Shown: positions 20,565 to 31,143 of the stretch, one piece after another
Numbering within the stretch: position 1 is the stretch's first letter
How the letters are laid out: each line of letters starts with the position of its first letter
Assembly: GCA_963707985.1 (NCBI GenBank)
Contig: CAVPRW010000015.1
Coordinates: forward strand, 96,001 to 160,000
Source of the DNA: an uncultured Nitrospinota bacterium
Lineage (GTDB): Bacteria; Tectomicrobia; Entotheonellia; J063; CAVPRW01
DNA length: 64,000 nt
Reading direction: 5' to 3'
The notes under the pieces: generated by a model
The model's database searches: none
The model's input: only the letters and a program-made list of their open reading frames with translations
What the model was told of the DNA's origin: nothing
Made by a program: the position numbers and the translations under genes

Positions 20565-20793
20565 GATACAAATGTGTAAAATGTTTGTCACTGAAGCGAT
20601 GCTTCAGGTGAGCTCAGGGTCATTAACCTCGGGTGTGGCGGAGGGAGCCATCCAGGTGAGGAGGGTTGACTCGGCGACGACCGGCAGTAGAACTTCCTAT
20701 GTTGCGCGTTGCAGGAAGGTTCCCTGAGAACTGGTCACCCTCCTGCAGCGTCCACAAGGGCTGGGTCGGTCCACACTGAAACCGTCCAAAACT

Positions 20794-21661
20794 CTATTCT
20801 GGCGATGGCGGCCCATTCAACAACCGAAACATGGCCGCATCCCCCGGCAACACCAGTAACGTCTCCGGTGTCAGAATATCGTCGTAGGCTTCCAAGGTGC
20901 GTACGAACCCATAAAAGCGTGGGTTCTGCTCGTAGGCCCCGGCATACACCGCAGTGGCCGCCCCGTCGCCCTCGCCTTGAAGGCGTTGACTCCGTTCATA
21001 GGCCTGGGCAAGGATGATCTCCCGCTGCTTATTCGTTTCCGCTCTTAGTTTGGCCGCTTCCTCCTCGCCTTCCGACCGGTAGCGCTTGGCAATGCGTTCG
21101 CGTTCGGCCACCATACGGGCAAAGACACTCTGCTGCACTTCGCGGGGCAGGTCGGCACGTTTGATCCGGACATCGATCAGCTCGATACCGAAGGCTTGCG
21201 TACGCACCCGTGCCGCGTTGGCCACGGCTTCCATGGTGGGTTCCCGCTGCTCCGAGGTCACCGGTGCAAAGTCCTGGGAAGAAATGGCTTGGCGTAATTC
21301 GGAGAACACGATATCTTCGATCCGAGCCCTGGCCCCGTCCAACGTCGCTACGCTGATAAAGAACGCCAGAGGATCTTTGATCTGCCAGCGCGCGACATAA
21401 TCGACGACGAGACGCTTCTTATCAAGGGTGAGATACTCCGCAGGGGCGGCATCCGTGGCCAGAACGCGTTTATCGAAGCGGTGCACCGTCTGCACGAAAG
21501 GGAAGCTTGGCGTGCAAACCGGGGTCGGTGATGGTCCGGATATAGGCGCCGAACTGGGTGATGATCGCCTGCTCACGCTCATCGATGCTGAACAAAGCCT
21601 GTGGCACTAGCACCCACAGGGCAGCAAACAGCACCAGGATTCCAATCACCATCTGCTTCAT
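20794..21661 (-). CDS. hflC: FtsH modulator HflC (frameshift near 21510)
   Basis: AIITQFG..PGLHAKLPF joined to TLDKKRLVVD, DVRIKRADLP, RMVAERERIA. Confidence 0.9.
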
Positions 21662-22755
21662 CGGACGGCCCTCCCTGGCCTAGGATCGCTTTGGGCGGAC
21701 GGCACTGTTTCTGCGGTGCCGTGTTTGCCATCCGGGCTCGGAGGGGCTAACACACGTGGGGCTTGATCGCGCAGGGGCAGGAACGGCAAGACGCCTCCCT
21801 CCAGTTGTGGACTGATAATGATCTTCTGGGCCTTGGGAAGCACCCGCTGCAAAGTTTCCAGATACAGCCGCTGCTCGGTCACCTCTTGGGCGCGTTCGTA
21901 CTCCTTGAGGATGGAGACGAACTTGGCGGCGTCCCCCTCCGCTCGGATCACCCGCTGGGCCTTGTAGGCTTCAGCCGCCCGCACCATCTGCTCGCCCTGT
22001 CCGCGTGCCTTCGGAATGACATCTTCCTGATAGCCCATGGCTTCGTTGATCAGGCGTTCACGATCTTCGCGGGCACGCACCACCTCATGGAAGGCATCCT
22101 TAACCTGTTCTGGAGGATCGACCACTTGGAGTTTCAATTCGGTGACGACCAACCCGGATTGATAGGTATCTAGAAGCTGCTGTAGAAAGTCGCGCGAGCT
22201 GTCCTGGATACGGACCCGCCCCACCGTCATGGCCTCGTCGATGGTCGTGCGCCCAACGATGCTGCGCAAGGCCACCTCGGTCGAATCCCGCAGAGATTGA
22301 TCAGGGTCTCGGACTCGGAAGAGGTATTGGCCAGGGTCCTTGACGCGATACTGCACGATAGCCTGCGCGTCGACGATGTTTTCATCGCCGGTCAGCATGA
22401 GCGCTTCCTGCGGGATAACACGGTAGCGTGGCTCACTGCGGAAGCCGACTTCTACACGCCGCACAACTGCGAGGTTGACCACCTCGACGCGCTCCAATGG
22501 ATACGGCAAACGGTACCGCAAGCCAGGCCCGGTGCGTGCGACCTCTTTGCCAAACCGGCGCACGACCCCCTGCTCGCCGGGGCCCACCATGTAGAAACCA
22601 GTGGCGAGCCATATCAGCAAGGCGATCAGGCCAACAGTCCCAATCACCATGAAAGGGGCCTTTGGTGATCGCTGCTGCCAGTTCTGCCAGCGTTCCGCGA
22701 GCTGGCCTAAAACTTCGTCTCCCTCGAACTCTCCGGGGAATGGGCGCCTTTGCAG
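21658..22755 (-). CDS. hflK: FtsH modulator HflK
   Basis: EQGVVRRFG, MLTGDENIVD, VKDAFHEV, RLYLETL. Start placed at CTG 22755 behind RBS GAGGAGGG; first ATG is 22650. Confidence 0.92.
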   Translation of the reverse strand: MQRRPFPGEFEGDEVLGQLAERWQNWQQRSPKAPFMVIGTVGLIALLIWLATGFYMVGPGEQGVVRRFGKEVARTGPGLRYRLPYPLERVEVVNLAVVRRVEVGFRSEPRYRVIPQEALMLTGDENIVDAQAIVQYRVKDPGQYLFRVRDPDQSLRDSTEVALRSIVGRTTIDEAMTVGRVRIQDSSRDFLQQLLDTYQSGLVVTELKLQVVDPPEQVKDAFHEVVRAREDRERLINEAMGYQEDVIPKARGQGEQMVRAAEAYKAQRVIRAEGDAAKFVSILKEYERAQEVTEQRLYLETLQRVLPKAQKIIISPQLEGGVLPFLPLRDQAPRVLAPPSPDGKHGTAETVPSAQSDPRPGRAVR

Positions 22756-22853
22756 AGACGTTCCCTCCTCTCGCGATTGGGGGATGTTACGATTCGTATA
22801 AGTTAGACACCCAACTGAACCAGGGGCACGCTGGACTGGTCAGGCGTGCTCGA

Positions 22854-23982
22854 CTACAAGTTCAACTCCAACTTCATCTGCAAAAAACGCGACAAGCCGG
22901 TCTTGGTCACTAACCCGAGCATGCGTCCGCGCTGCATCACGAGCAAGCGCCCGATCGCCTCCTCGGCCATGCGCTGGAAAGCCACCGAAATATCCTCTTC
23001 GGGGACAATGGTCAGGCGCTCCGTCAGAGGGACCATCACCTCACGCACCGGCACACGGTCGTAATCCTCTGGTGCGACCCGCTTGACGTCGCCAAGCGCG
23101 ACCAGTCCCATGACCTGGCCGTTTTCCACCACCGGGAATCCGCCATAGCCATGGGTGAGGAAATAGCCGTCGATCAAGTCGCGGACGCTCAGATTTGGTG
23201 GCACCGTCACCACGTCTTTCACCATCATGTCGCGAACAGGGATCACCCGCCAAGGCTTCTTTTAACATAACCTGTGTATAGCTCGCCTGGGCACCCTGGA
23301 GGAGGAAAAACCCGATGAGCGCCATCCAGATCCCCTGGAAACCCGCCCCCGCAAATAACGACACCGCCCCAAGAGTGATGAGTATATAGGCAAAGACAAT
23401 GCCTACACGGGTCGCCAGGTAGGTGGCCTTCTTGAGATTCTTGGTCATGCCCCAGAGGATCGACCGAAGTACCCGGCCGCCGTCGAGGGGGAAGGCTGGT
23501 AACAGGTTGAAGACAGCCACCACCATGTTGAGACCAGCGAGGTATAATGCAATGGCTGCGAATGAAGGGTCTGGGCCTTCACGCGCCAGCGCTCGCCATA
23601 CTAACCAGAAAAACCCAGCCAGTACAAGGCTGGCTATGGGGCCCACGATGGCGATCAAGAATTCGGCGCTGGGGCTAGGGGGTTCCTGTTTCATCTCAGA
23701 CACGCCCCCCAGGGCAAATAGGGTGATCCCGGCGATGGGCACCCGGAGATTCTGTGCCATCAGTGCGTGCATGAGTTCATGCAGCAGTATGGAGGCAAAG
23801 AGAAACAGGGCCGCGAGGATGGCTTTGATCCAGTAGGCGGAAATCGGCAGGTCTGGATAGTGTTGCGGGAAATACCCACTGGCTAGACTCCAGCTTAAGA
23901 GCCCGAAAATGATCAGCCAGGTGAAGTGGATGCGGATCGGGATCCCACGGATGGCTCCAAGCACTAGTGAGCCACGTACCAT
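22854..23982 (-). CDS. Site-2 (M50) metalloprotease with two CBS domains (frameshift near 23245)
   Basis: HELMH, FNLLPAFPLDGGR; CBS pair in 22854..23246. Confidence 0.9.
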
Positions 23983-24103
23983 CCTTCCACTCCTTCCCTT
24001 GCAGAGCCGTCGCGTCCCTCCAGCCCTTGCGCATGGTGGCCACACGACCCCTGTGTAGCGGACAACCAACGACACTGACATAGGCCGATGCGGGGGGATA
24101 GGA

Positions 24104-24404
24104 CTACACGGGAGTAAACCAGCGTCCGATGCGCCACCCCCCTCTGCGGTGTAACTGTCGCCGCAAGCGAGCGGGGTCGACTCGGTATTTGAAGAGCTTG
24201 CGATTGTCGAGATAGCCGACGGGAATCTCTAGATGGAACGCATCGTACAAGGTGGGGTCTGTTGTGATATCGATCTCGTCAAGCTCGAAAACGCAGCTCG
24301 GCCTGCAACGCTATGAGCGTAGCTTTGGCCGCATGGCAAAGCTCGCAATCGGTCTTGGTGTATAGTGTGATACGAGGCGCCGGTCCCCGTTCTCCACTCG
24401 TCAT
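24104..24404 (-). CDS. Glutaredoxin-like protein (DUF836 type; frameshift near 24290)
   Basis: ITLYTKTDCELCH, then shifted frame FELDEIDITTDPTLYDAFHLEIPV..FKYRVD. Confidence 0.8.
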
Positions 24405-24554
24405 CGTGGCTCCAGATGCATCTGAGTCGAACCATTCATTCCACACCGGATCATACGTCGCAACCAAGCTTTTTCAAATTTTCCTACGGAGTATGTATCA
24501 TGGTAGCCTGGCAAAGTAAAGGCAAATCGAGCGCTTGCGGCACCTGGGACAACG

Positions 24555-25742
24555 TCACTGATAGTGGCTCAGTTTGGACCCTTGATAGTAGTGGGTAAGA
24601 ATGGCCTCATAATCGTAGCCCAGCGCTGCCATCTCTTGGCTGCACCACTGGCATAAGCCCACGCCATGTCCCCACCCTTGGCCGCTAAAAAAGGCGCGCC
24701 CATCGCGGATTTGCACCGTAAACCGTGTGCTACGAATGATCTCTGGCCCCAGCGCCAGGCGAAAATCGGTGCCACGCATAATGACCTCCCCTGACTTGTG
24801 ACCAATTTTCAAGCGCGTGATGCGGCCGGTGGCACTCCGTTCGATGGGTTCTAAAAAGCGGATCGCCCCTATAGCATAACCCTGCCGTACGAGTGCGGCT
24901 CGAATATCCTGCAGGGATGGCGAGGCTGACCACTGGAGGTAAGGGGATGCGGGGTGTATCGGCGCTTTCACGGCGCGCAGACAGGGGTGGGGTGAGGACC
25001 AGACCTGTTCGCTGTTTTCGGTGTAGCCGGCCGATTCGGCGTGGTAATACGCCGGAATTAATGCCCCCTGGCAGGTGAGCACGAGGCCCGCCGTATCGTT
25101 GACCGCTTGTGTGGTCCTGGCGTGTTCGGCGCTATACCCATCATAATGCTGATCGCGGATATACTGCGCCGCGACATCGTAGTCACGATTGGTCTGGCGT
25201 GTGCTCTTATACAGAGCATAGGTACGCGCAACGATGGCTTGTGCCCGCAGTGCGGCCATCTCCCATTGGCTGGGGGCCTCCTTCGGCACGACGCCGTAGA
25301 GGTACGCCTCAAGGTCAAGCGTATTGACCACCATCAGCCCTGACGTACGCCATTTTACCTCAAGGCTACCACGGTATGGCTTGCTGCCCGCATAGATGAC
25401 TGCATCCTTCGTACGAGGCACGAGGTGGACCTCATCGACCTCGATACCCGCCTCAGGGATGCGGATATTTCTAGTGTTGGCCTGCGCCTGGAATGTCCGC
25501 CAATGGTTGGCCTCAGACGGTAACAAGCCTGCCGGCTGTGTGAGAACCGTATAATCAGCGGGTATGGAAAGGGAGAAGGTGGGCAGATTCTGCCACAACA
25601 GCACACGGATCGGTGCTGCTCCAACCGGCACAGGGATTGACAAGATCAACCAAGCGAGACCAACGATACACGATCGACCAACACTGGAGCGGGCACTATG
25701 GGATAGAATCAGATTGGTCCACGCGCGCGTGCGAGTCCGCAT
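24555..25742 (-). CDS. SpoIID/LytB domain protein
   Basis: LEAYLYGVVPKE, ALRAQAIVARTY, GWGHGVGLCQW, ILTHYY. Confidence 0.92.
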   Translation of the reverse strand: MRTRTRAWTNLILSHSARSSVGRSCIVGLAWLILSIPVPVGAAPIRVLLWQNLPTFSLSIPADYTVLTQPAGLLPSEANHWRTFQAQANTRNIRIPEAGIEVDEVHLVPRTKDAVIYAGSKPYRGSLEVKWRTSGLMVVNTLDLEAYLYGVVPKEAPSQWEMAALRAQAIVARTYALYKSTRQTNRDYDVAAQYIRDQHYDGYSAEHARTTQAVNDTAGLVLTCQGALIPAYYHAESAGYTENSEQVWSSPHPCLRAVKAPIHPASPYLQWSASPSLQDIRAALVRQGYAIGAIRFLEPIERSATGRITRLKIGHKSGEVIMRGTDFRLALGPEIIRSTRFTVQIRDGRAFFSGQGWGHGVGLCQWCSQEMAALGYDYEAILTHYYQGSKLSHYQ

Positions 25743-26001
25743 CTTGTTCCTCTAATGTCCTGGACTCCTGGATAAGCTGTTGGTACAACCGCGAAATGGA
25801 GGTCGGCGACAATGGCCCTGGATTCTCCTCCTGGACGCGCGTGATGATCTGTTCTTCACGGCTGGGGACGTATATCGGCAGTCCCAGGTCCTTTTTCATT
25901 CGACCAATTTCCAGGGCAAGCTTGGCGCGCTCGTTGAAGAGCCTCAATAGTTCGTCGTCGATCGCGTCCATCCGTTCGCGTAGGTTGTCAATGTCATCCA
26001 T
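25696..26001 (-). CDS. Chorismate mutase (AroQ type)
   Basis: IDNLRERMDAIDDELLRLFNERAKLALEIGRMK..PSREEQII; RBS AGGAG upstream of ATG 26001. Confidence 0.9.
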   Translation of the reverse strand: MDDIDNLRERMDAIDDELLRLFNERAKLALEIGRMKKDLGLPIYVPSREEQIITRVQEENPGPLSPTSISRLYQQLIQESRTLEEQDADSHARVDQSDSIP

Positions 26002-26346
26002 GAGGGTCCGTACTCCTTCTACCTGCATCTGACCCGCTCCAATGAGACGGGTCCGCAAGCACCTACTCGCTCCTGATACGGCGGCAAATACGTAGCATAC
26101 ATACGGCCCAGATGTCAAGCTGAGACGCGTTCTAGACTGGTGTGACAACGGCTGCGAGTTGATGGCCTCCTTGGCGGGGGAGCCAGGTGCATATGAGCCC
26201 TGAGGCAATCCCAGACCCATACGGCGTGCTTCTCGGCGTAGGATCGGCTTATGGTATAGTACGTGGGAAATGTGCACAGGTAAGTGGAAATGGATGAGAG
26301 CAGGCGGGCCCCGGTAGCAAGTGCGCTCAGAGCAGGAGAAACAGCG

Positions 26347-26793
26347 ATGGGCCAAAGTCAGAAAGCGGTGCGGCAGCAAGGCAGTGCCCGGCGGCAGAGT
26401 CGCATGCGCCGGCGTATCACCCTGCTCATTGCCGTTCCCGTGGTGATTGCCGCTATCGTAGCCGTCGTCGCACTGACCAGCCAACCAGGGTATAGTAACC
26501 TCGACGTCCTCGGCAAGCAACCGGCGATCGTGCAGGTATTTTTGCCGGGCTGACCGAACTGTGCTCAGCTCAAGCGCATCGTCGATGCGCTCCGCCCCGA
26601 ATTTCGTGGACAAGTCGCTTTTGTCCTGGCAGACCTCAATACCCCTGAGGGGCTGGCATTTGCCAACCGCCATGGGGTGGGCAATACCACTTTAGTGTTG
26701 TTCGATGGGGATGGGAAGCGCCTCGAGACACTAGCCGGTATCCAGGAGGAGCGGGCTTTGCGTGAACGTATACGGGCCAACTTTGGGCTGTGA
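26347..26793 (+). CDS. Membrane-anchored thioredoxin-like selenoprotein (U-P-N-C; Sec at TGA 26551-26553)
   Basis: KQPAIVQVFLPG-TGA-PNCAQLKRIVDALRPEFRGQVAFVLADL..HGVGNTTLVLFDGDGK: the thioredoxin fold continues in frame. Hairpin AGCGCATC-GTC-GATGCGCT at 26573-26591. Confidence 0.82.
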
Positions 26794-27005
26794 TCGCTGA
26801 GAGGGATACACGACGGGCAGCGTGAACGTGGGTGGGCACGGGTCAGATTGTGGGCCAGCAGGAGCGGTGGCGGCCTGGCATGACCCTTGATCTCCCTGGT
26901 CGATTCTGCTATGATGGCGCTGTTCTGGCTGTAGGCACTCTTGGGCTGGGCTCCCATGTTCGTATCGCTTGCCTCATCAGCCTGCATGTAACGCAGGTCC
27001 TATGG

Positions 27006-28106
27006 ATGAAACGATCGACGGATCTCTCCGAACACATTCTAGCCTCGCTCAGCGATGGCGTCGTCATTCTGGATCCTGCCTGTCGGGTGTTGCTGTTCAA
27101 TCCAGCCATCGAAGAGATGACGGGGACCTCGTCGCGCCGCGCCATGGGCGCGGACTTAGCCACGCTGCTGCCAAAGGAATCCCCAATCCCGGCACGCGTC
27201 ATCGCCACCCTGAAAACCGGACATCCCTTTTTCATCCCGGACGCCGAGTGGTTGCGCTGGGATGGTGAACCGCTGCCGACGAGCCTGACGATCTCGGCAA
27301 TTCTTGATAAGATGGGAGAGACCCTGGGGGCGGCCCTGGTGGTCAGAGACCTGCGACGGTTTAAAGCGTTACAGGAGAGTCAGCGTCCAGCGGAGCGGCT
27401 GACAGCATTCGGCATTTTGGCCGCGGCTATGGCCCACGAGATCAAAAACCCCTTACTCGGCATTCGGGGCGCGGCACAGCTCCTGCGTGAAGAATTGACC
27501 ACGGATGAGGCGCGCGAATATACCGATGTCATCATTCGTGAAGCCGATCGTTTGAACGTCTTAATGGAGGAGATGCTCGATTTTGCCAGGCCCCATCCCC
27601 TCACACGGACGCAGGTCAATGTGCACGAAGTCCTCGACAGCGTCATTGCCCTGGAACGACCGGCATGTACCGTGCGTGGCGTGCAGATTCGGCAGCGCTA
27701 CGATCCGAGCTTGCCTGATCTCTGGGCTGACCGTAATCATCTGACGCAGACTTTTTTGAATCTCATCCGCAACGCCTGGGAGGCAATGCCTCACGGGGGC
27801 TCTTTGACGCTAACGACGAGCCGATCAAGTGAACCAATCCGTCTTGGACCGGGTGGCGGGCCGATGCTCGTGGTGGAGCTCGCCGATGAGGGCGTGGGAA
27901 TTCCGCCGGAGGTCCAACGTAAGCTGTTTACACCATTCTTTACGACAAAAGCCAAAGGCTCGGGCCTGGGGCTCGCGATTGCGCATCGGATTATCGAAGA
28001 ACATGGTGGACGCTTCATCATCAAGAGTCTCCCGGGTCAGGGGACCACCGTACGGATCTATCTTCCGGTCAACCCTGGAACGTCAGAGGGGCCGTTGGGA
28101 GGATGA
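27006..28106 (+). CDS. PAS-domain sensor histidine kinase (NtrB-like)
   Basis: PAS, H-box AHEIKNPL, NLIRNA, DEGVGI, PFFTTK, GSGLGL. Confidence 0.92.
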   Translation: MKRSTDLSEHILASLSDGVVILDPACRVLLFNPAIEEMTGTSSRRAMGADLATLLPKESPIPARVIATLKTGHPFFIPDAEWLRWDGEPLPTSLTISAILDKMGETLGAALVVRDLRRFKALQESQRPAERLTAFGILAAAMAHEIKNPLLGIRGAAQLLREELTTDEAREYTDVIIREADRLNVLMEEMLDFARPHPLTRTQVNVHEVLDSVIALERPACTVRGVQIRQRYDPSLPDLWADRNHLTQTFLNLIRNAWEAMPHGGSLTLTTSRSSEPIRLGPGGGPMLVVELADEGVGIPPEVQRKLFTPFFTTKAKGSGLGLAIAHRIIEEHGGRFIIKSLPGQGTTVRIYLPVNPGTSEGPLGG

Positions 28107-28112
28107 GCCGGT

Positions 28113-29588
28113 ATGGCGGACGAACGCATGTTAGTGGTGGATGACGAAGAGAGCATCCGCTGGGTTTTGAGCCGTGGACTAGTGCGACGGGGATGGAAGG
28201 TCGACAGTGCGGAAAACGCCCACCTCGCCCTCCGCCAACTTGCTGAGCGGAGCTACGCACTGGTCTTTCTTGACATTCGTCTCCCCGACATGGACGGTCT
28301 TAGCCTCCTAGAGCAAATCCGCACGTTTCCCAATCCTCCCATGGTCGTGATCATGACCGCGCAAGGCACCGTTGACACGGCGATCAATGCCATGAAGAAG
28401 GGGGCCTACGAGTATATCATCAAGCCATTCGACCTAGAGGACGTGGTCAGCCTGGCGCATCAGGCATTGCGCGCCCGTGCCGCGGCGGCGGATGTGGCGA
28501 TGCCAGTGCCCTTCGACCTGCGCGATAGCCTCCACGCCAGTGGCATCATCGGCCGCACGGAGCAGATGCAACAAGTGTATAAGATGATTGGCATGGTGGC
28601 AGACCGCGACGTCACTGTCCTGATCGAGGGCGAGAGCGGCACCGGCAAGGAGTTGATTGCTCGTGCCATCCATCGCCATAGTAAGCGCGCCAAGCGGCCG
28701 TTTGTGACCGTCAACTGCGCTGCCATCCCACATGAACTTCTCGAAAGTGAACTTTTTGGGCATGAGAAGGGGTCATTTACTGGGGCCACGGCCACCACCA
28801 TCGGTAAGTTTCAGCAAGCCGACGGCGGCACGATGTTTCTGGACGAAGTTGGGGACATGGATCTCAACCTTCAGGCCAAGCTGCTCCGTGTCCTCCAGGA
28901 AAAGGAATTTTACCGCGTCGGCGGCCGTGACTCCATTCGTGTTGATGTCCGCATTATCGCCGCCACCCATCAGAATCTGGAACTAGCGGTCACCCAGAAG
29001 CGCTTTCGTGAGGACCTCTACTACCGGCTGAACGTGGTTCCCCTGTATATTCCGCCATTGCGCGAACGGCGTGAGGACATTCCTCTCTTAATCGATTACT
29101 TCTTGCAGCGCTTCGAGTCCGAGCTCGGCACTGGGCGGAAATACCTGTCGAATGAGGCACGTGAGATTTTGCTGTCCTATCATTGGGGAGGGAATATTCG
29201 CGAGTTGGAAAACGTGATGAAGCGCGCTATGGTGCTCACCACGAGCAGCATGATCCTACCGCAACATCTTCCTGAATCTCTCCACAGCGGCCCTAAAGAA
29301 GTGGACGATGCCGACATTCTACGCCGGCTGGTGGAGCGCAAGGCCCGCGCGCTGTTCCTGAATGCCCAATCGGCGGGGAGCGGTGAGATCTATCATATCA
29401 TCCTCAGTGAGATCGAACGCTTCTTACTGCAGGTGATTCTGGACGAAACCGATGGCAATCAATTGCGCACTGCGGACCTGCTGGGCATTAACCGCAATAC
29501 CCTCCGCAAGAAGATCCGCACGCTTGGCGTCGAGGTCCGGCGGTCTTCCAAAGCTGATTCCGCGACCGAGGTCTCATTGCATCACTAA
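28113..29588 (+). CDS. Sigma54-dependent response regulator (NtrC-like)
   Basis: Receiver domain, GESGTGKE, ESELFGHEKGSFTGA, Fis-type HTH LGINRNTLRKK. Confidence 0.93.
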   Translation: MADERMLVVDDEESIRWVLSRGLVRRGWKVDSAENAHLALRQLAERSYALVFLDIRLPDMDGLSLLEQIRTFPNPPMVVIMTAQGTVDTAINAMKKGAYEYIIKPFDLEDVVSLAHQALRARAAAADVAMPVPFDLRDSLHASGIIGRTEQMQQVYKMIGMVADRDVTVLIEGESGTGKELIARAIHRHSKRAKRPFVTVNCAAIPHELLESELFGHEKGSFTGATATTIGKFQQADGGTMFLDEVGDMDLNLQAKLLRVLQEKEFYRVGGRDSIRVDVRIIAATHQNLELAVTQKRFREDLYYRLNVVPLYIPPLRERREDIPLLIDYFLQRFESELGTGRKYLSNEAREILLSYHWGGNIRELENVMKRAMVLTTSSMILPQHLPESLHSGPKEVDDADILRRLVERKARALFLNAQSAGSGEIYHIILSEIERFLLQVILDETDGNQLRTADLLGINRNTLRKKIRTLGVEVRRSSKADSATEVSLHH

Positions 29589-29677
29589 TGGCAGGAGAAA
29601 GGGTCCGCCGCTGTGCCCATGACCCTGATGACTAGCTGCGATGAGCGCGGTGGACAGTTTTATCCACAATCAAGGAG

Positions 29678-31084
29678 ATGGCCATGAGTTCATTGGCAGC
29701 CGTCGTTCTGGCAGCGGGTAAAGGCACGCGTATGCGCTGCAAAACACCCAAGGTGATCCAACCGGTGGCCGGGCGACCTATGATCATGTATACGCTGGAG
29801 TTGGCAAGAACCCTCCAAGCCTCCCCGGCCGTGGTCGTGGTGGGACATCAGGCAGAGTCGATCACGCAAACGCTGCCTGCCATCGGCTGGCACGCAGTCG
29901 TCCAATTGGAGCAACTCGGGACGGGGCACGCGATGCGGCAGACCGAGGAGATCTTGAAAGATTTCCCCGGTGATGTGCTCGTCTTGCACGCCGATGTGCC
30001 GTTGTTGTGCGCCGAAACGCTGCAGCGACTGGTGGACGTGCACCGCCGCTCTGGTGCGGTGGCGACGCTGCTGACCGCGCAGATGGAGCAGCCAGGCCGC
30101 TTGGGACGGGTGGTTCGTGAGGCGAATGGGCAGGTGGCACGCATCGTCGAGGCGCTTGATGCCAGCGAGGCGGAACGTGCCATTCGCGAGATCAACACAG
30201 GCATCTATTGCTTCCAGGCGGGCTTTATCTACCCTGCCTTACATGACCTCACCTCCGACAACGTCAAAGGGGAATATTATCTAACCGACGTCATCGGCGC
30301 CGCTTGCCGGTCGGGACTCCAGGTCCAGGCGGTGCCATGTGACGATTGGCGTGAAGCCATCGGGGTGGATTCCAAAGCTGACCTAGCACGGGCTGAAGCG
30401 GTCCTCCGACAACAGGTAATCGAGCGCCTGATGGCAAGTGGCGTGACCATCATCGACCCATACACCACCTACGTGCATCCCGAGGTCCAGATCGGCTGCG
30501 ATACGGTGCTGCACCCCAATACGCATATCCTCGGCCAGACGGTCATCGGCGAAGACTGTGAGATCTGGCCCAATACCGTCATTCGCGACAGCACCCTGGA
30601 GGAAGGTGTAACCATCTTTCCTTCCTGTGTCATCACCAGTAGCACGATCGCTGCCGGCACGCAGGTGGGCCCCTTCGCCCATTTACGGCCGGAATCGGTG
30701 TTGGGCAAGCGGGTGCGGGTCGGCAATTTTGTTGAAGTGAAGAAATCCATCATTGGCGATGAGTCCAAGGCCGCACACCTGAGCTATATCGGCGATGTCG
30801 TCATGGGGAAGGACGTCAATGTGGGGGCGGGGTTCATCGCTTGTAACTATGACGGCGAGAAGAAAACCGAGATTGTTATCGAGGACGGCGTGTTCATCGG
30901 CAGCGATAGCCAGATCATCGCGCCGTTACGAATCGGGCGTGGAGCGTACATCGCTACTGGCACCACGGTGCGCCAGGAGGTGCCCCCCGACGCGCTGGTC
31001 TTCAACACCAAGGACCAGGTGCATCGCGAGGGCTGGGCCTTAGGACGCAAGCCTAAAGCGCATGGCGCCAAAGACGAGTCGTAG
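29678..31084 (+). CDS. glmU: Bifunctional UDP-GlcNAc pyrophosphorylase / glucosamine-1-P acetyltransferase
   Basis: LAAGKGTRM, EYYLTD, GPFAHLRP, GNFVEVKK, HLSYIGD. Confidence 0.96.
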   Translation: MAMSSLAAVVLAAGKGTRMRCKTPKVIQPVAGRPMIMYTLELARTLQASPAVVVVGHQAESITQTLPAIGWHAVVQLEQLGTGHAMRQTEEILKDFPGDVLVLHADVPLLCAETLQRLVDVHRRSGAVATLLTAQMEQPGRLGRVVREANGQVARIVEALDASEAERAIREINTGIYCFQAGFIYPALHDLTSDNVKGEYYLTDVIGAACRSGLQVQAVPCDDWREAIGVDSKADLARAEAVLRQQVIERLMASGVTIIDPYTTYVHPEVQIGCDTVLHPNTHILGQTVIGEDCEIWPNTVIRDSTLEEGVTIFPSCVITSSTIAAGTQVGPFAHLRPESVLGKRVRVGNFVEVKKSIIGDESKAAHLSYIGDVVMGKDVNVGAGFIACNYDGEKKTEIVIEDGVFIGSDSQIIAPLRIGRGAYIATGTTVRQEVPPDALVFNTKDQVHREGWALGRKPKAHGAKDES

Positions 31085-31143
31085 CTGTGCCTATGTGTTG
31101 TACCTGTGGGGACTCACCCACGTCTGGTGTGGAGGGACCAAGG

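Noticed and set aside
12830..24300. Single frameshifts in copD, Lon-N, hflC, M50 protease and glutaredoxin as programmed frameshifting or pseudogenes
   Set aside because: Both halves look undegraded and no shared slippery motif is evident; sequencing indels are the simplest explanation.
26002..26673. 325-aa ORF 25696..26673 as a long chorismate mutase fusion
   Set aside because: The extension is antisense to the selenoprotein gene; an RBS supports the start at 26001.
31085..31143. glmS ribozyme upstream of glmS
   Set aside because: The intergenic gap is only about 60 nt and lacks recognisable ribozyme core sequence.
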